Below the pieces are notes generated by a model, which saw only the letters and a list, made by a program, of their open reading frames with translations, had not been told where the DNA came from and made no database searches. Source: an uncultured Gemmatimonadales bacterium (GTDB lineage: Bacteria > Gemmatimonadota > Gemmatimonadetes > Gemmatimonadales > Gemmatimonadaceae). From it: DNA of 64,000 nucleotides. Location of the stretch: NCBI GenBank assembly GCA_963850905.1, contig CAWKMU010000003.1:1632001-1696000 (forward strand), written 5' to 3'. A program made the position numbers and the translations under genes. Positions 1-10,823 of the stretch are shown here, piece by piece (positions within the stretch are counted from its first letter, which is position 1; every line of letters starts with the position of its first letter).

Positions 1-25
1 CGTCCAATCATTTGGTTGGTTGTCC

Positions 26-223
26 ATGCATCCGACGTACACGGTGTTCGTGTTGGCGCTGATGCTTCTCACGGGCGGGCTCGTCCTCTGGATCGAGCAT
101 CGGAGACGTGACCGTCCGTGCGCAATCTGCGACCAACCCGCCGGCCACCGCTGCCGCGGCATGTGGGTGTGCGCGCACCACCGGCGCATCATCCAGCAGA
201 TCCATCGCCAGCGCTCGAGCTGA
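26..223 (+). CDS. Small membrane-anchored Cys/His-rich hypothetical protein
   Basis: Hydrophobic N-terminal helix (VFVLALMLLTGGLVLWI) followed by CAIC-x7-C-x5-CAHH; ATG at 26. Confidence 0.5.
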   Translation: MHPTYTVFVLALMLLTGGLVLWIEHRRRDRPCAICDQPAGHRCRGMWVCAHHRRIIQQIHRQRSS

Positions 224-240
224 GTCTACCCGCGGCCACG

Positions 241-253
241 AATTCCAGCGCAT
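241..253 (+). promoter_or_regulatory. Putative Ada box
   Basis: AAT-TCCAGC-GCAT resembles the E. coli Ada box AAT-N6-GCAA, about 70 bp upstream of ada. Confidence 0.4.
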
Positions 254-320
254 CTTTTCTGTAGCCCTACCTGGCGACAGCGAGTGATTGTTCTCCTCGA
301 ACCGACGACGAGGAGATCGA

Positions 321-1439
321 ATGGGAGCGATGGCGATGCAGCGAGCGGCGCAGATGGGGACGGTTGTGGCGCCGGCGCGATTGACTGGCGATGCGGCCTG
401 GACTGCCGTCCTGGGCCGCGACCGGAGTTGGGACGGGCAGTTCGTGTATGCCGTCCGAACCACGGGCGTGTACTGCCGACCGAGTTGTCCTTCGCGGCGG
501 CCAAGGCGAATGAACGTAGCATTCTTCGCGACGCCCGCTGAGGCGGAGCATTCAGGCTACCGACCCTGTCGGCGGTGTCGCCCGCATGCGGCGACCGGCA
601 CTCCGACCGAGCGCAGCGTCGCGGCGGCGCGCGAATATCTCGACGGTCATGGCGATGGGCCGGTCACGTTGCGACAACTGGCGCGCGAGGTCGGACTGAG
701 TCCGTCGTATCTGCAACGAGTGTTCACTCGGTTGACCGGCGTGTCGCCGAAGACCTACGCGGACGCATCGCGACGCGAGCGGCTGAAAGCGCGGCTCAGA
801 ACGGGCGACTCCGTGACGCGTGCCACCTACGCGGCGGGTTTTCGGTCGACGAGCGCGCTCTATCGACAACGCCACTCCGCGCTGGGTGTGCCCCCTGGCG
901 CGTACCGGCGCGGCGGCGAAGACCTGGCGATCACGTTCGGGATCGTCACCAGCTCGCTCGGACGCGTCCTGGTGGCCCAGACGGCGCGCGGCGTCTGCGC
1001 CGTAACGCTGGGTTCGAGCGAGCACGAGCTGGAGCAGGGGCTTGCAAAGGAGTTCCCGGCGGCGGCCCGCGTACGCGACGACGGCGCCGTGGCGTCGTGG
1101 GCAGGCGCGGTCGTTGCCGCGATCGATGGACAGGGTCAACATCCCGCCATACCACTGGATCTACAGGGCACGGCGTTTCAGATGCGGGTGTGGCGCGCGT
1201 TGCAGCAGATACCGCCCGGGGAGACGCGGTCGTACACAGAGGTCGCTGCCGCAATCGGACAACCGACAGCCGCGCGGGCCGTCGCGCGTGCGTGTGCGAC
1301 GAACCGCGTCGCCGTGATTGTGCCATGCCACCGGGTGATTGCCGCCGACGGTAGCGCAGCGGGCTACCGCTGGGGTGTGGAACGCAAGCGCCGCCTGCTC
1401 CGCCACGAGCGAAAGGTCGGCGAGCGATCGACAGACTAG
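321..1439 (+). CDS. ada: Bifunctional transcriptional activator / O6-methylguanine-DNA methyltransferase Ada
   Basis: Zn-binding TTGVYCRPSC and CRRC motifs, AraC-type HTH, active-site PCHRV; AGGAG RBS at 311. Confidence 0.95.
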   Translation: MGAMAMQRAAQMGTVVAPARLTGDAAWTAVLGRDRSWDGQFVYAVRTTGVYCRPSCPSRRPRRMNVAFFATPAEAEHSGYRPCRRCRPHAATGTPTERSVAAAREYLDGHGDGPVTLRQLAREVGLSPSYLQRVFTRLTGVSPKTYADASRRERLKARLRTGDSVTRATYAAGFRSTSALYRQRHSALGVPPGAYRRGGEDLAITFGIVTSSLGRVLVAQTARGVCAVTLGSSEHELEQGLAKEFPAAARVRDDGAVASWAGAVVAAIDGQGQHPAIPLDLQGTAFQMRVWRALQQIPPGETRSYTEVAAAIGQPTAARAVARACATNRVAVIVPCHRVIAADGSAAGYRWGVERKRRLLRHERKVGERSTD

Positions 1440-1597
1440 GAGAACCGAGGGGGTTACGGGTCGGTAGAGGGCCCTAACCCCTGCAGTTGTCCGCGCCGGT
1501 GCGGCCTTTCAGCTTTCTAAGCTTCTTGGCCGCCACCGGTGCCTAGTCAGTCAGGCGCGGCGCGGCAGGTGCTAACAGTCGATGGAGGTTGTTGGAC

Positions 1598-3022
1598 ATG
1601 CAGTCGCGCGCTGCCACCTGGGTGAAGGCGCTGTGCGCCTTGGCCGTGCTGGCCGCTTTTTCATCGGTCGGTCATGCCCAGGCCGCGCCATCGGGTCAAC
1701 CAGGGCAGTCGCCGCCGGGCATTATCGCGGGTGTCAAGATGGGCGGGAGCGCCAACATCCACCTGCTGGGCCACCTGCCCCTGGGCGGGTACTTTCGGGT
1801 CACGGACGATGCGCTCGAGCAGGATCCGACGCGGCCATACGCGTACGTGTCGCAGGCGCGCGATCGCCCCGGATTCACGATCATCGACCTGCACGACCTC
1901 AATAACATCCGCGTGCTGTACACGTGGCGCATCGAGAACCCGGAGCAGCATACAGGATTTGGCGGCACCAACGGCAAGTACTTCAAGTCGCACGGACGCT
2001 ACTACTACATCCAATCGCTACAATTCGAGCCGGGAACACTCGACGGGAACCTCGGGGCGGTCGTTGCTGACGTGACTGGGCTCCCGGATACGAGCAAGAT
2101 CAGGATCGTGGCGCGGATCGCCGATGCCACGGCACCGGGTGGGTTCCACAGCGTGTTTGCCTACAAGCATTCCGATGGCCGCAATCTGCTCATCGCGACC
2201 GTCAACGCGGCGCACGCCAACGTCTACGACTTGGACAAGGTTCTCGCCGGCGACCCCGCCCAGGGAAAGATTGGAGAGATTCCGATCCCGAGCAGCGGTG
2301 ACCTGTCGCGGCCCGGGATCTTCGGATACGACAACTTCTATGTGGCCTACGACCCCATGACTCATCAGGACAAGTTGTATGGGTCCGGGCGCGGCGGATA
2401 CTACGTCTACGACATCTCGAACGTCGGCCAGCCAAAGCTCCTGACCTCGATCACCGGCGTCGCGGGCGTGGAGTATGGTCACGCCTTCACGCCGACACCT
2501 GACGGCAGGTACGCCGTCACAGAGACGGAGTATCAATACGCGCCGCTGCGCATTTTCGACCTCCAGCCCGGTCTCGCGGGGAAGGTGCAAGCCATCACGC
2601 AACCCATCGGGGCGTGGACCGCCGACTGGCACGACCTCTCACACAACCATGAGGTCCGTTGGCCATTCGTGTTCGTTTCGGCGTACGAGGACGGGCTGCA
2701 GGTGTTCAGCATGTATGATCCTGCCGATCCGACAACGGTCGGCTGGTACTACACGTGTCAGTGCGCGCACCAGCACGGATTCGGCGGACCGCCGCAATGG
2801 GAAGGCACGAGCGTCATGCAGGGGGCCTACGGCATCGACATCCGCAATCGCGACGGTCTCATCATGATCAGCGATTCCAACACCGGCGTCTGGTTCTTCC
2901 GCATGGAAGGGTTCAATGGGTGGAATGGCCACGATTGGGGCGTGCCGAACGTCTCGAGTGTACAGGACTGGGACCACGGCCCCGAAGGTGCGCAGACCAA
3001 GGCGGCGCACATCACGGCGTGA
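1598..3022 (+). CDS. Secreted LVIVD-repeat-like beta-propeller protein
   Basis: Signal peptide ending AQA; repeated 'YVYDISN', 'LRIFDL' and 'GLQVFSMYDPADP' blade motifs; GGAGG at 1584. Confidence 0.7.
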   Translation: MQSRAATWVKALCALAVLAAFSSVGHAQAAPSGQPGQSPPGIIAGVKMGGSANIHLLGHLPLGGYFRVTDDALEQDPTRPYAYVSQARDRPGFTIIDLHDLNNIRVLYTWRIENPEQHTGFGGTNGKYFKSHGRYYYIQSLQFEPGTLDGNLGAVVADVTGLPDTSKIRIVARIADATAPGGFHSVFAYKHSDGRNLLIATVNAAHANVYDLDKVLAGDPAQGKIGEIPIPSSGDLSRPGIFGYDNFYVAYDPMTHQDKLYGSGRGGYYVYDISNVGQPKLLTSITGVAGVEYGHAFTPTPDGRYAVTETEYQYAPLRIFDLQPGLAGKVQAITQPIGAWTADWHDLSHNHEVRWPFVFVSAYEDGLQVFSMYDPADPTTVGWYYTCQCAHQHGFGGPPQWEGTSVMQGAYGIDIRNRDGLIMISDSNTGVWFFRMEGFNGWNGHDWGVPNVSSVQDWDHGPEGAQTKAAHITA

Positions 3023-3077
3023 GGGGAAACTGCAGGGACAGGGGTCAGGGGAACAACAAACGCGACCGGCGAGAATT

Positions 3078-3214
3078 GGGCGGGCTGAAGCCCGCCCCTA
3101 CATGTTGCTGCGGGCGGTGGCAGATGAGGATTCGTCCACTCGGCTGCAAGGTTCGTAGAGCACTTCGGAGCCTCACCGGCATTCCGACATGTAGGGGCGG
3201 CCTTCAGGCCGCCC
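3078..3214. repeat. GTAG-type REP doublet (REPIN-like), copy 1
   Basis: Inverted 24-bp REPs at 3078-3101 and 3191-3214 (GTAGGGGCGGGCTTCAGCCCGCCC type) with 89-bp spacer; heptamer arm at ~3032-3054. Confidence 0.9.
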
Positions 3215-3233
3215 ACGTTTTCCGCCGGCCCAA

Positions 3234-4418
3234 TTAGCCGTTGTCGGTCCCTAACGGCCGAAGTTCCGCTTCCCATGCTACCAGCCCACCGGCCAGATTG
3301 CGCGCGCGTACGAAGCCGGCCTGGTGCAACATGTCCACGGCGCGCGCGCTGCGGCTGCCGACTTTGCACATGACAATGATCTCACGTGCTGGGTCGAGCG
3401 TGGACAGCGCAGCCGGCAGGGTGCCCAGCGGGATGAGCCGCGCCCCTCCAATCCGTGACATCTCGTACTCCCACGGCTCGCGCACGTCGATCAGATCGAA
3501 GTCGTCGCCTCGCGTCCGTTTCTCCGCCAGTTCTTCCGGCGTGATCTCGCTAGCGTGTGTCCTCGACCCGGGCGTGGCGAGTGGGGCATGGGCCAGCCCG
3601 CAAAACGCCTCGTAGTCGATCAGCGTCTGCAACTCGTGCGTCCCGCAGGCGGGGCACAACGGATCCCGGCGTAGCTGCACAGTGCGAAAATCGAGACGCC
3701 TCGCGTCGACCAGTAGCAGACGGCCGATGAGCGGCTCACCGATCTGCAACACGATCTTGATTGCCTCGGTCGCCTGAATGGTGCCGACCAATCCCGGGAG
3801 CACGCCCAAGACGCCAGCCTCGGCGCAGCTCGGGACGAGGCCGGGCGGCGGTGGTTCCCGGAACAGGCAGCGGTAGCAGGGCCCCTGTTCGGTGGCAAAC
3901 ACCGAGGCTTGGCCCTCGAAGCGAAACACGCTGCCGTAGACATTGGGTCGCCCGGTCAGGACGCAGGCATCGTTGACGAGATACCGCGTGGGGAAGTTGT
4001 CGCTTCCGTCGACGACCAGGTCGAACTCGCGGATGATGTCGAGCGCGTTGGCCGAGGTCAGCAAGGTGTCGAACCGCTCGACCTGCACGTGCGGGTTGAG
4101 CTCCGCGATCCGAGCGGCGGCGGATTCCACCTTTGAGCGTCCCACATCCGACGTCCTGTGCAGGATCTGTCGCTGGAGGTTCGTCACATCGACCACATCG
4201 GCGTCGACCACGCCGAGCGTGCCCACCCCGGCGGCGGCGAGGTACAGGGCGGCGGGCGAGCCCAGCCCGCCGGCGCCGACTAGCAGGATGCGCGCCCGCT
4301 TGAGGCGTCGTTGCCCCTCGGGCCCGACATCATCGAGGAGCAGATGCCGGCTGTACCGGTGCAGCTCATCCCGGCCAAGCGCGGGCAGCTCGCGCACGAC
4401 GTCGTGGGCGGCCGCCAT
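3234..4418 (-). CDS. moeB: MoeB/MoeZ E1-like adenylyltransferase with C-terminal rhodanese domain
   Basis: RYSRH, GAGGLG, SNLQRQ-like, CYRC and CPAC motifs; rhodanese DVREPWE ... CKVGSRS. Confidence 0.93.
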   Translation of the reverse strand: MAAAHDVVRELPALGRDELHRYSRHLLLDDVGPEGQRRLKRARILLVGAGGLGSPAALYLAAAGVGTLGVVDADVVDVTNLQRQILHRTSDVGRSKVESAAARIAELNPHVQVERFDTLLTSANALDIIREFDLVVDGSDNFPTRYLVNDACVLTGRPNVYGSVFRFEGQASVFATEQGPCYRCLFREPPPPGLVPSCAEAGVLGVLPGLVGTIQATEAIKIVLQIGEPLIGRLLLVDARRLDFRTVQLRRDPLCPACGTHELQTLIDYEAFCGLAHAPLATPGSRTHASEITPEELAEKRTRGDDFDLIDVREPWEYEMSRIGGARLIPLGTLPAALSTLDPAREIIVMCKVGSRSARAVDMLHQAGFVRARNLAGGLVAWEAELRPLGTDNG

Positions 4419-5699
4419 TCAACTCACCTTGCGCGTCTTCTTCCGCAAGAAATCCATGAGGATGAACTGGCCAAGCGTCATCGTGTTGGTGAAGTACGCC
4501 TTGCCGCGCGAGATCTCGGCGACCCGTTTCACGAACTCGACCAGTGCGCGATCGCGAGCGAGCATGAACGTATTGATCATGATTCCCGCTTTGCGACACA
4601 GGGCCACCTCGCGGAGCGTCTGCGCGATCACCGTCGCGTCGAGCCCCATCGAATTCTTGTAGACCTGGCCGTTGGGCATCGTGAGCGCACTGGGCTTGCC
4701 GTCGGTGATCATGACGATTTGCCGCATGTCCTTCTTCTGCGACAGCAGAATGCGGCGGGCCAGCTTGAAGCCCTCGGCTGTGTTCGTGTGGTATGGGCCC
4801 ACTTGAGCGTGCGCGAGCCGCGCGAGCGGGATCTCTTCCGCGGAGTCATGGAACAGGATGACGCGAATCGAGTCGCCCGGAAACTGCGTTCGGATGAGGT
4901 GCGTCAGCGCCAACGCCACCTTCTTGGCGGGCGTAAACCGGTCTTCGCCGTACAGAATCATCGAGTGGGATGTATCGAGCATCAGCACGGTCGCACACGA
5001 GGACCGATACTCGGCTTGTCGCACCATCAGGTCGCTGTAGTCCAGATCCAGCGGCACGCCGATGTGCCCGGTGCGTGCCAGGGCAGACTTGAGCGTCTCG
5101 CTGACATCCAGATTGAGCGTGTCACCGAACTCATAGGGCTTGCTGAATCCATCGGCCTCGATGCCCGTGGCGAGATCCGGCGTGTCGTGGTTGCCGAAGC
5201 TGGATTTACCCAGCGATCCGAGGATGTGGCGGAGTGTGCGGTAGCCGAGGAAGTCGATTCCTTTCTCGGTCAAGTTGAATTGCACGTCCTTGGATGCGGC
5301 ATGCGCGATGCTCCCCGGACCGACCACCGGCTGCTGGCCGCTGGGCATTTGGGGAGGCGCCTGCACATTGAGATAGCCCTCGGATGCGAGTCGCTGAATC
5401 AGGTCGTCGAGGAGCTGCGCCAGTTTGGCCTGGGCGACCTCGTCCCCCTCGCCCCGCAGCGCCTCGAGCATCTCCGGCGTGAACTGTCCACTCTCGATGA
5501 GCGCGTTGAGGATCGCCTCGCGCAGCGCGTCGAGCGAGCGGTCCTCGTCGCCACCGAAGTCGCCCCAGTACGGATTGTGATGCTGGCCGCCGGCGAAACC
5601 GGACTGCAGCAGGAAATCCGCGAGCTTGTCCAGCAACGACTGCAGGTCGACGGCGTCGGCGGACTCGGGGCTGAAGCGCGCGTACGTGTGAAATCGCAT
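4419..5699 (-). CDS. VWA domain-containing protein (chelatase/MoxR-associated type)
   Basis: MIDAS DTSHS, TNT and ITDG motifs; start MRFHTY at 5699. Confidence 0.88.
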   Translation of the reverse strand: MRFHTYARFSPESADAVDLQSLLDKLADFLLQSGFAGGQHHNPYWGDFGGDEDRSLDALREAILNALIESGQFTPEMLEALRGEGDEVAQAKLAQLLDDLIQRLASEGYLNVQAPPQMPSGQQPVVGPGSIAHAASKDVQFNLTEKGIDFLGYRTLRHILGSLGKSSFGNHDTPDLATGIEADGFSKPYEFGDTLNLDVSETLKSALARTGHIGVPLDLDYSDLMVRQAEYRSSCATVLMLDTSHSMILYGEDRFTPAKKVALALTHLIRTQFPGDSIRVILFHDSAEEIPLARLAHAQVGPYHTNTAEGFKLARRILLSQKKDMRQIVMITDGKPSALTMPNGQVYKNSMGLDATVIAQTLREVALCRKAGIMINTFMLARDRALVEFVKRVAEISRGKAYFTNTMTLGQFILMDFLRKKTRKVS

Positions 5700-5889
5700 C
5701 ACGGCACGGGGCGGGGGATTGGCGGGTCGGTGGTCGGGACCCGACTGGCCGGGTACGTGCTCGACTGCGAAATATAGGCCGCGGTTCTGGCGTGGGTATT
5801 GGCCGCGCGGTGCGACGCGCGGACGTTGCCGGACCACGCCGCCGCGCGTCCAGCCAACGTGGCGGTGGAAAGGCGGCCGTGGGGATGAC

Positions 5890-7260
5890 GTGACGAGCGC
5901 CGTACCGAAGCGGAGCGACATTAGCTTTGACGAGCTTGAGCGCGCGGCGGTGACCGGGTCAGTCGCCGCGCGCCCCTTGGCCCGCCCCGCTGCCCGGCCC
6001 ACGCACCGTCGTCGCCTGACCGCCGCCGATCGCCGCTCGCTCAACCCGTTCCGGACGCTCATTCGACACCGGAACTTCCGGTTGTTCTGGACCGGGCAGA
6101 CGCTGTCGCTCATCGGCACGTGGATGCAGTCGATGGCGCAGGGGTGGCTCGCGCTGGAGCTCTCCAACAGCGCGTTCCTCGTCGGGCTCGTCGCGTCCAT
6201 CGGGTCGATGCCGATTCTACTGCTGTCGCTGCCGGCCGGGCTCCTCGCTGATCGCATGCCCAAGCTTCGCCTCGTCGCCATCATGCAGACGCTGATGCTG
6301 GTCGAGGCCACGGCCCTCTGGGCGATGACCTGGACGCATCACATCACGATCGGGTGGCTGCTCGTGCTTGCGGCCATCAACGGGACTGCATCCGCGTTCG
6401 AGATCCCGGCTCGGCAGGCCATGATGGTGGAGCTCGTCGGACGCGAAGATCTGCACGACGCCATCGCGCTGAATTCCAGTGGCTTCAATCTGGCGCGAGT
6501 CGTCGGGCCGGCGGCCGGAGCCGCTGTCATCGCGACCGCTGGCATCGCCTGGTGCTTCGCGCTCAACGCGGCGAGCTATCTCGCGGTGTTGCTCGGGCTC
6601 GCACTGATTCGGATGCCGCCCGAGCTGGTCCGCAGAGTCGACAGCACCCCATCGATCGTGGCGGGGATGCTCGACGGGCTGCGGTACATGCGCGCGACAC
6701 CCGAGGTCAACGCGCTCATGCATGTCGTGACGGTGTTTTCCGTCTTCGGGATCCCATATATCGTGCTCATGCCGGTCGTCGCGCGGGATCTGCTGCATAC
6801 GGGAGCGGGTGGCTATGGGGTGCTGCTCGCCTGCGTCGGCGTCGGCGGGCTCTGCGGCGCACTGTTTCTCGCATCGGTCGGCCGGCGCCTGCGCCGCGGC
6901 CGGCTCCTGCAGCCGTCGTGCTATGCCTACGGCGTCCTGCTCGTCGATGTTTGCGGCTGTCCCGATCCGTCGTGCTCGGGTGCGTCCTGCTCTTTGGGAC
7001 GGGTTTCGCAATGATCGTCAATGGCGCACTGGCGAACGGGCTGCTGCAAGGCATCGTGCCCGACGCTCTCCGCGGTCGATCTGATGGCGGCCTACTCGTT
7101 CGTGGTCGTCGGGCTCTCGCAGGTCGTCGGCGCATTTCTCGCCGGCTCCGCGGCCAACGCGGTTGGCGTCGACTGGACGATCGCCGGCGGCGCCGTAGTG
7201 GTGCTTGCGTACACCCGCTGGGCGTACGGGGAATGGCCTGAGCTGCGGAGGATGCGGTGA
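5890..7260 (+). CDS. MFS transporter (MFS_3/EntS-like), frameshifted near 6950 and 7080
   Basis: RNFRLFWTGQTLS, GLLADR and PARQA motifs; C-terminus continues in other frames (PDALRGR.LMAAYS). Confidence 0.85.
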
Positions 7261-7312
7261 GGGCAGAAGGCTGGGACTCGGGATTCGGGAACAACACCCC
7301 CGACGAAAAAAT

Positions 7313-7454
7313 GGGCGGGCTAAAGCCCGCCCCTACATGTCGGTGTCGACGGTGACGCTACGGAGCGCTGCGGCGACGATTGCCGCTGTCCGTCGACAAA
7401 ATCCGGATTCGACGCCGCCCGCAGCAACATGTAGGGGCGGGCTTTAGCCCGCCC
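7313..7454. repeat. GTAG-type REP doublet (REPIN-like), copy 2, interior reversed relative to copy 1
   Basis: REPs at 7313-7336 and 7431-7454; 94-bp spacer similar to the reverse complement of copy 1 spacer. Confidence 0.9.
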
Positions 7455-7497
7455 AGTGTTTGCAGTGGACGTTGTAGTGACCGTTACCCGTTACCCG

Positions 7498-8133
7498 TCA
7501 CCCGGCCCCTGATCCCCGCAGTGCCTGCATCGCCTCCACAATCAACTCCACCGCCCCGTCGAGTCCCAGCCACTCCGTATTGACGCAGAGATGGTAGTTC
7601 TCCGGCGCGCCCCACGAGCGGCCATAGTACTGCCGTACGGTCGTGGCGCGCTGGTGATTGATCTCGTCGACACGACGTTCGGCCGCAGCAAGACTGAGGT
7701 TGTCGCGGGCGGCTACTCGCCGCGCGAGCGCATCACGCGGCGCGCAGCAGAATACGTGGATCGCGTCGGTTCGCTGGCTCAGAACGACCTGTGCACCGCG
7801 TCCGACGACCACCACGGGTCCCTGTGCGACGGCCGCTTCCATGACACGCCGGGTTGTCTCGATCACACGCTCATCGGCCGAGAGCACCGCCGCACCAGCG
7901 CTCGGCGACAGCACCTCTCCCGCATCCAGCGCCAACGCGTCGGCAATCCGAGCGATCAAGGGAGGCTGACGCTCGTCGAGCGCTCGCACCGTGTCGGCGC
8001 TCACGCCCATCTGCTGCGCGATCGCGTCGACGATCGCGTTGTCGAGGAGCCGCCAACCCAGGCGCTCGGCCACGCCAGCGGCCACGACGGATCCACCTGA
8101 TCCGTATTGCCGACTGATCGTGACGAGCGGCAT
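7498..8133 (-). CDS. Cytidylate kinase-like family protein
   Basis: VTISRQYGSGG P-loop variant, VVVGRGA, YHLCVNT. Confidence 0.88.
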   Translation of the reverse strand: MPLVTISRQYGSGGSVVAAGVAERLGWRLLDNAIVDAIAQQMGVSADTVRALDERQPPLIARIADALALDAGEVLSPSAGAAVLSADERVIETTRRVMEAAVAQGPVVVVGRGAQVVLSQRTDAIHVFCCAPRDALARRVAARDNLSLAAAERRVDEINHQRATTVRQYYGRSWGAPENYHLCVNTEWLGLDGAVELIVEAMQALRGSGAG

Positions 8134-8168
8134 CGAATATCCCGCGAGACGGTGTGGGCGAGAGCCGG

Positions 8169-8669
8169 CTAGCTCTGTGCACAGCCGGTTTGGCTGTGTC
8201 GGTGAATCGGACGAATCCGCATCTGCTCGACGACGTGGAATCCCAGCGCGTCCCATGCTGCGTTCGCGTCCGCGCCGGTCACGCTGTGGAGGCGCATCTC
8301 ATCGAGGCCGCGCCGGCTGCACCACTCCGACGCATGACGCAACAGGCTGCGGAGCACGCCGAGCCGCCGGGCTTCCGGCACGACGTAGACGGACGACACG
8401 TAGGCATACCACGCCGGCTCGAGGAGTGGCGAGCCTTCGGACTCCACGCATCGCAGGATCCCCACCGGCTTCCCGACACGCTCGGCGAGCAGTGTAACCT
8501 CTTTGGGCGATTCCAGCTGCAGGCGAAACAAGCGTCGCCCCCGTTGCTCCGCGTCGCTCCGCAGCCGCCCGTAGATCGGATGGTCGCGCGCCTCGCGCAG
8601 GAGCGCGAGCCGGAGCGCGAGCACCGTGTCCAAGTCAGCGGGCGTCGCCGCTCGGACAGTCGTTGCCAC
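8169..8669 (-). CDS. GNAT family N-acetyltransferase
   Basis: VRAATPADL, VYVVPEARRLG, W..LGF. Confidence 0.88.
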   Translation of the reverse strand: MATTVRAATPADLDTVLALRLALLREARDHPIYGRLRSDAEQRGRRLFRLQLESPKEVTLLAERVGKPVGILRCVESEGSPLLEPAWYAYVSSVYVVPEARRLGVLRSLLRHASEWCSRRGLDEMRLHSVTGADANAAWDALGFHVVEQMRIRPIHRHSQTGCAQS

Positions 8670-8675
8670 AGCGCA

Positions 8676-10150
8676 TTAGGCGGACAAGCCGCCACCGAAC
8701 ATGTCTTGTCCCGGGCGCCGGCGTGGCTCCTGGACCGCGCGCCCGTACTGGCCCGTGTCGGACCGGGAAATCTTCTTTCGGGCGACGAGGGACTCGAGCA
8801 CCAACTCGCACGCGGCGGCGCCGACGGCGGCATCACCCTTCCGCGCGAGCCCGGTGTTGCGGACGACCTGGACCAGGCCCGGGACCGACTCGAATCCCTT
8901 GTAGACCGCGTCCGCCGACACGTCGTCGGCCACCTGCAGCGCGCCGCCAGCGTCGAACCACATCACGACGTCATCCGTGTTGGCGCCGCCGGCTCGCTCG
9001 CGGAAGGTCGCGTCGGCCGCGCGCCGGATCAGCTCCCGCGCGATGAGGTGCCCGCCCACGAGCTCGCCCTCGTACTCCAACTCGAGCTTGCCCGTGATCG
9101 CGGGGAGCGCGGCGTAGATGTCGCCGATGCGCGGAACGACCTCGGATTCTCCCGTCACCAACGCGCGGCGCTCCGCGTTGGACACCACGTTCTCGAGGAC
9201 GCTGATCGGCAGGCGCTGCGATACGCCCGAGCGGCGGTCGACGCGCTTGTCCGTGCGCGCCTCGAACGCGATGCGCTCGACGACCTCCGCGATGAAGTCG
9301 GGCACGCGGATCGTCGGCCCCTTGCGCGTCGGTCCACGCTTCCTGCCGCGTGATCGCCATGCCGAGATCGACCGTCTCCGGATAGTGCGTAATGATCTCG
9401 CTGCCGATGCGATCCTTGAGCGGCGTAATGATCTTCCCGCGAGCCGTGTAGTCCTCCGGGTTCGCCGTGAAGCACAGGAGCAGGTCGAGCGGCAGACGGA
9501 CCGGATACCCTTTGATCTGGACGTCGCCTTCCTGCATGATGTTGAACAGGCTCACTTGCACCTTGCCGGAGAGGTCCGGCAGCTCATTCAGCGCGAAGAT
9601 CCCGCGGTTCGCACGCGGCAGCATGCCGTACTGGATCGTCAACTCATCGGACAGGAGATGTCCGCCGCGAGCGGCCTTGATCGGATCGAGGTCGCCGATG
9701 ATGTCGGCGATGGTCACGTCGGGGGTCGCCAATTTCTCGACGTAGCGACTCTCGCGGTCGAGCCAGGCTACTGGTGTGTCGTCACCTGCTTCGCTGACCA
9801 GCTGGCGGCCGAACTTGGAGATCGGCGCATAGGGGTTGTCGTTGACCTCACTGCCGGCGACGATCGGGATCGCCTCATCGAGCAGTGTCGTGAGCGACCG
9901 CAGGATGCGCGACTTGGCTTGCCCGCGGAGGCCCAGGAGGATGAAGTTGTGCCGCGACAGGATGGCATTGACGAGTTGCGGCATGACGGTGTCTTCGTAG
10001 CCAATGACGCCCGGGAAGAGCGGGCCGCCATGGCGAAGTCGGCGCAAGCAGATTGCTGCGCATCTCGTCCTTCACCGACCGGCACGCGAGGTCGGAGGCA
10101 GCGAACGGCGACCGCTTGAGCGCGCCGAGGCTATCAGGGTAGTGCGGCAA
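8676..10150 (-). CDS. ChlI/magnesium-chelatase-like AAA+ ATPase, frameshifted near 10085, 10040 and 9320
   Basis: GLRGQAKS Walker [22 protein letters not shown] and LKDRIG; pieces lie in consecutive ORFs. Confidence 0.85.
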
Positions 10151-10363
10151 CGGACATCTCCGGGACAGAAGAAAGATTCACTGCGACGCGGTGCTGCCGC
10201 GAGTCGCTCGATGGCGATAGGTCGTTAGCAAACTTGAGTCCTGGCACCAGCGCTAACTCGACGGCTCGACCCCGCGTCTGCAGACACAGCCAAATCTGCC
10301 TGACGTCCATACAATCTGGCGCCATGGCTGCCTCTGCTCTACGCTCGCTGGACCGCCGCCCGC

Positions 10364-10391
10364 TTGACACCACCTCACTGCTCAATAACTT
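10364..10391 (+). promoter_or_regulatory. Putative sigma-70 promoter for the small lipoprotein
   Basis: TTGACA-N16-TAACTT. Confidence 0.45.
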
Positions 10392-10489
10392 TCCGGCCGC
10401 TGGCTCCGGGCACGACGTGTGCGTGCGCGGGGCGTTGGGTTTTGCAATACCTGGCACTGGTACCGCCCACCCTCCCGAGGAGATCGTAG

Positions 10490-10720
10490 ATGAAGCGCCT
10501 GGTCGTTGTCGCCGCTGCTCTGTTCGCGGTCGCCGCTTGTAAGACAAAGGAAACGAGCTCCACCATGACCGACACCACGTCGACTGCGACACCTCCACCG
10601 GCCATGGCACCCGCTTCTGCGGACACGGGCATGAAGAAGGACACGGGTATGAAAATGAATATGGATACTGGCATGAAGGCCGCTACGCCAAACTCGACGG
10701 CGACCAAGAAGAAGAAGTAA
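10490..10720 (+). CDS. Small Met/Lys-rich lipoprotein (MXKDX-like repeats)
   Basis: GAGGAG RBS, signal peptide with VAAC lipobox, three DTGMK repeats. Confidence 0.8.
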   Translation: MKRLVVVAAALFAVAACKTKETSSTMTDTTSTATPPPAMAPASADTGMKKDTGMKMNMDTGMKAATPNSTATKKKK

Positions 10721-10746
10721 GGACCTGAGCAATAACGGTGGTGCAC

Positions 10747-10782
10747 AACGGGCCAGCCTCGCACGCGAGGCTGGCCCGTTTG
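10747..10782 (+). terminator. Rho-independent terminator hairpin
   Basis: AACGGGCCAGCCTCGC/GCGAGGCTGGCCCGTT stem between convergent genes. Confidence 0.75.
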
Positions 10783-10823
10783 CTCTTGGTGGTGGATCGC
10801 GCCGCATCAGTGGCCCTGCGCCC

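Noticed and set aside
4311..5777. Long antisense or overlapping ORFs (e.g. 4311-5777, 14535-16004, 42628-43998)
   Set aside because: These are shadow ORFs opposite well-supported genes, expected at high GC, and carry no motifs.
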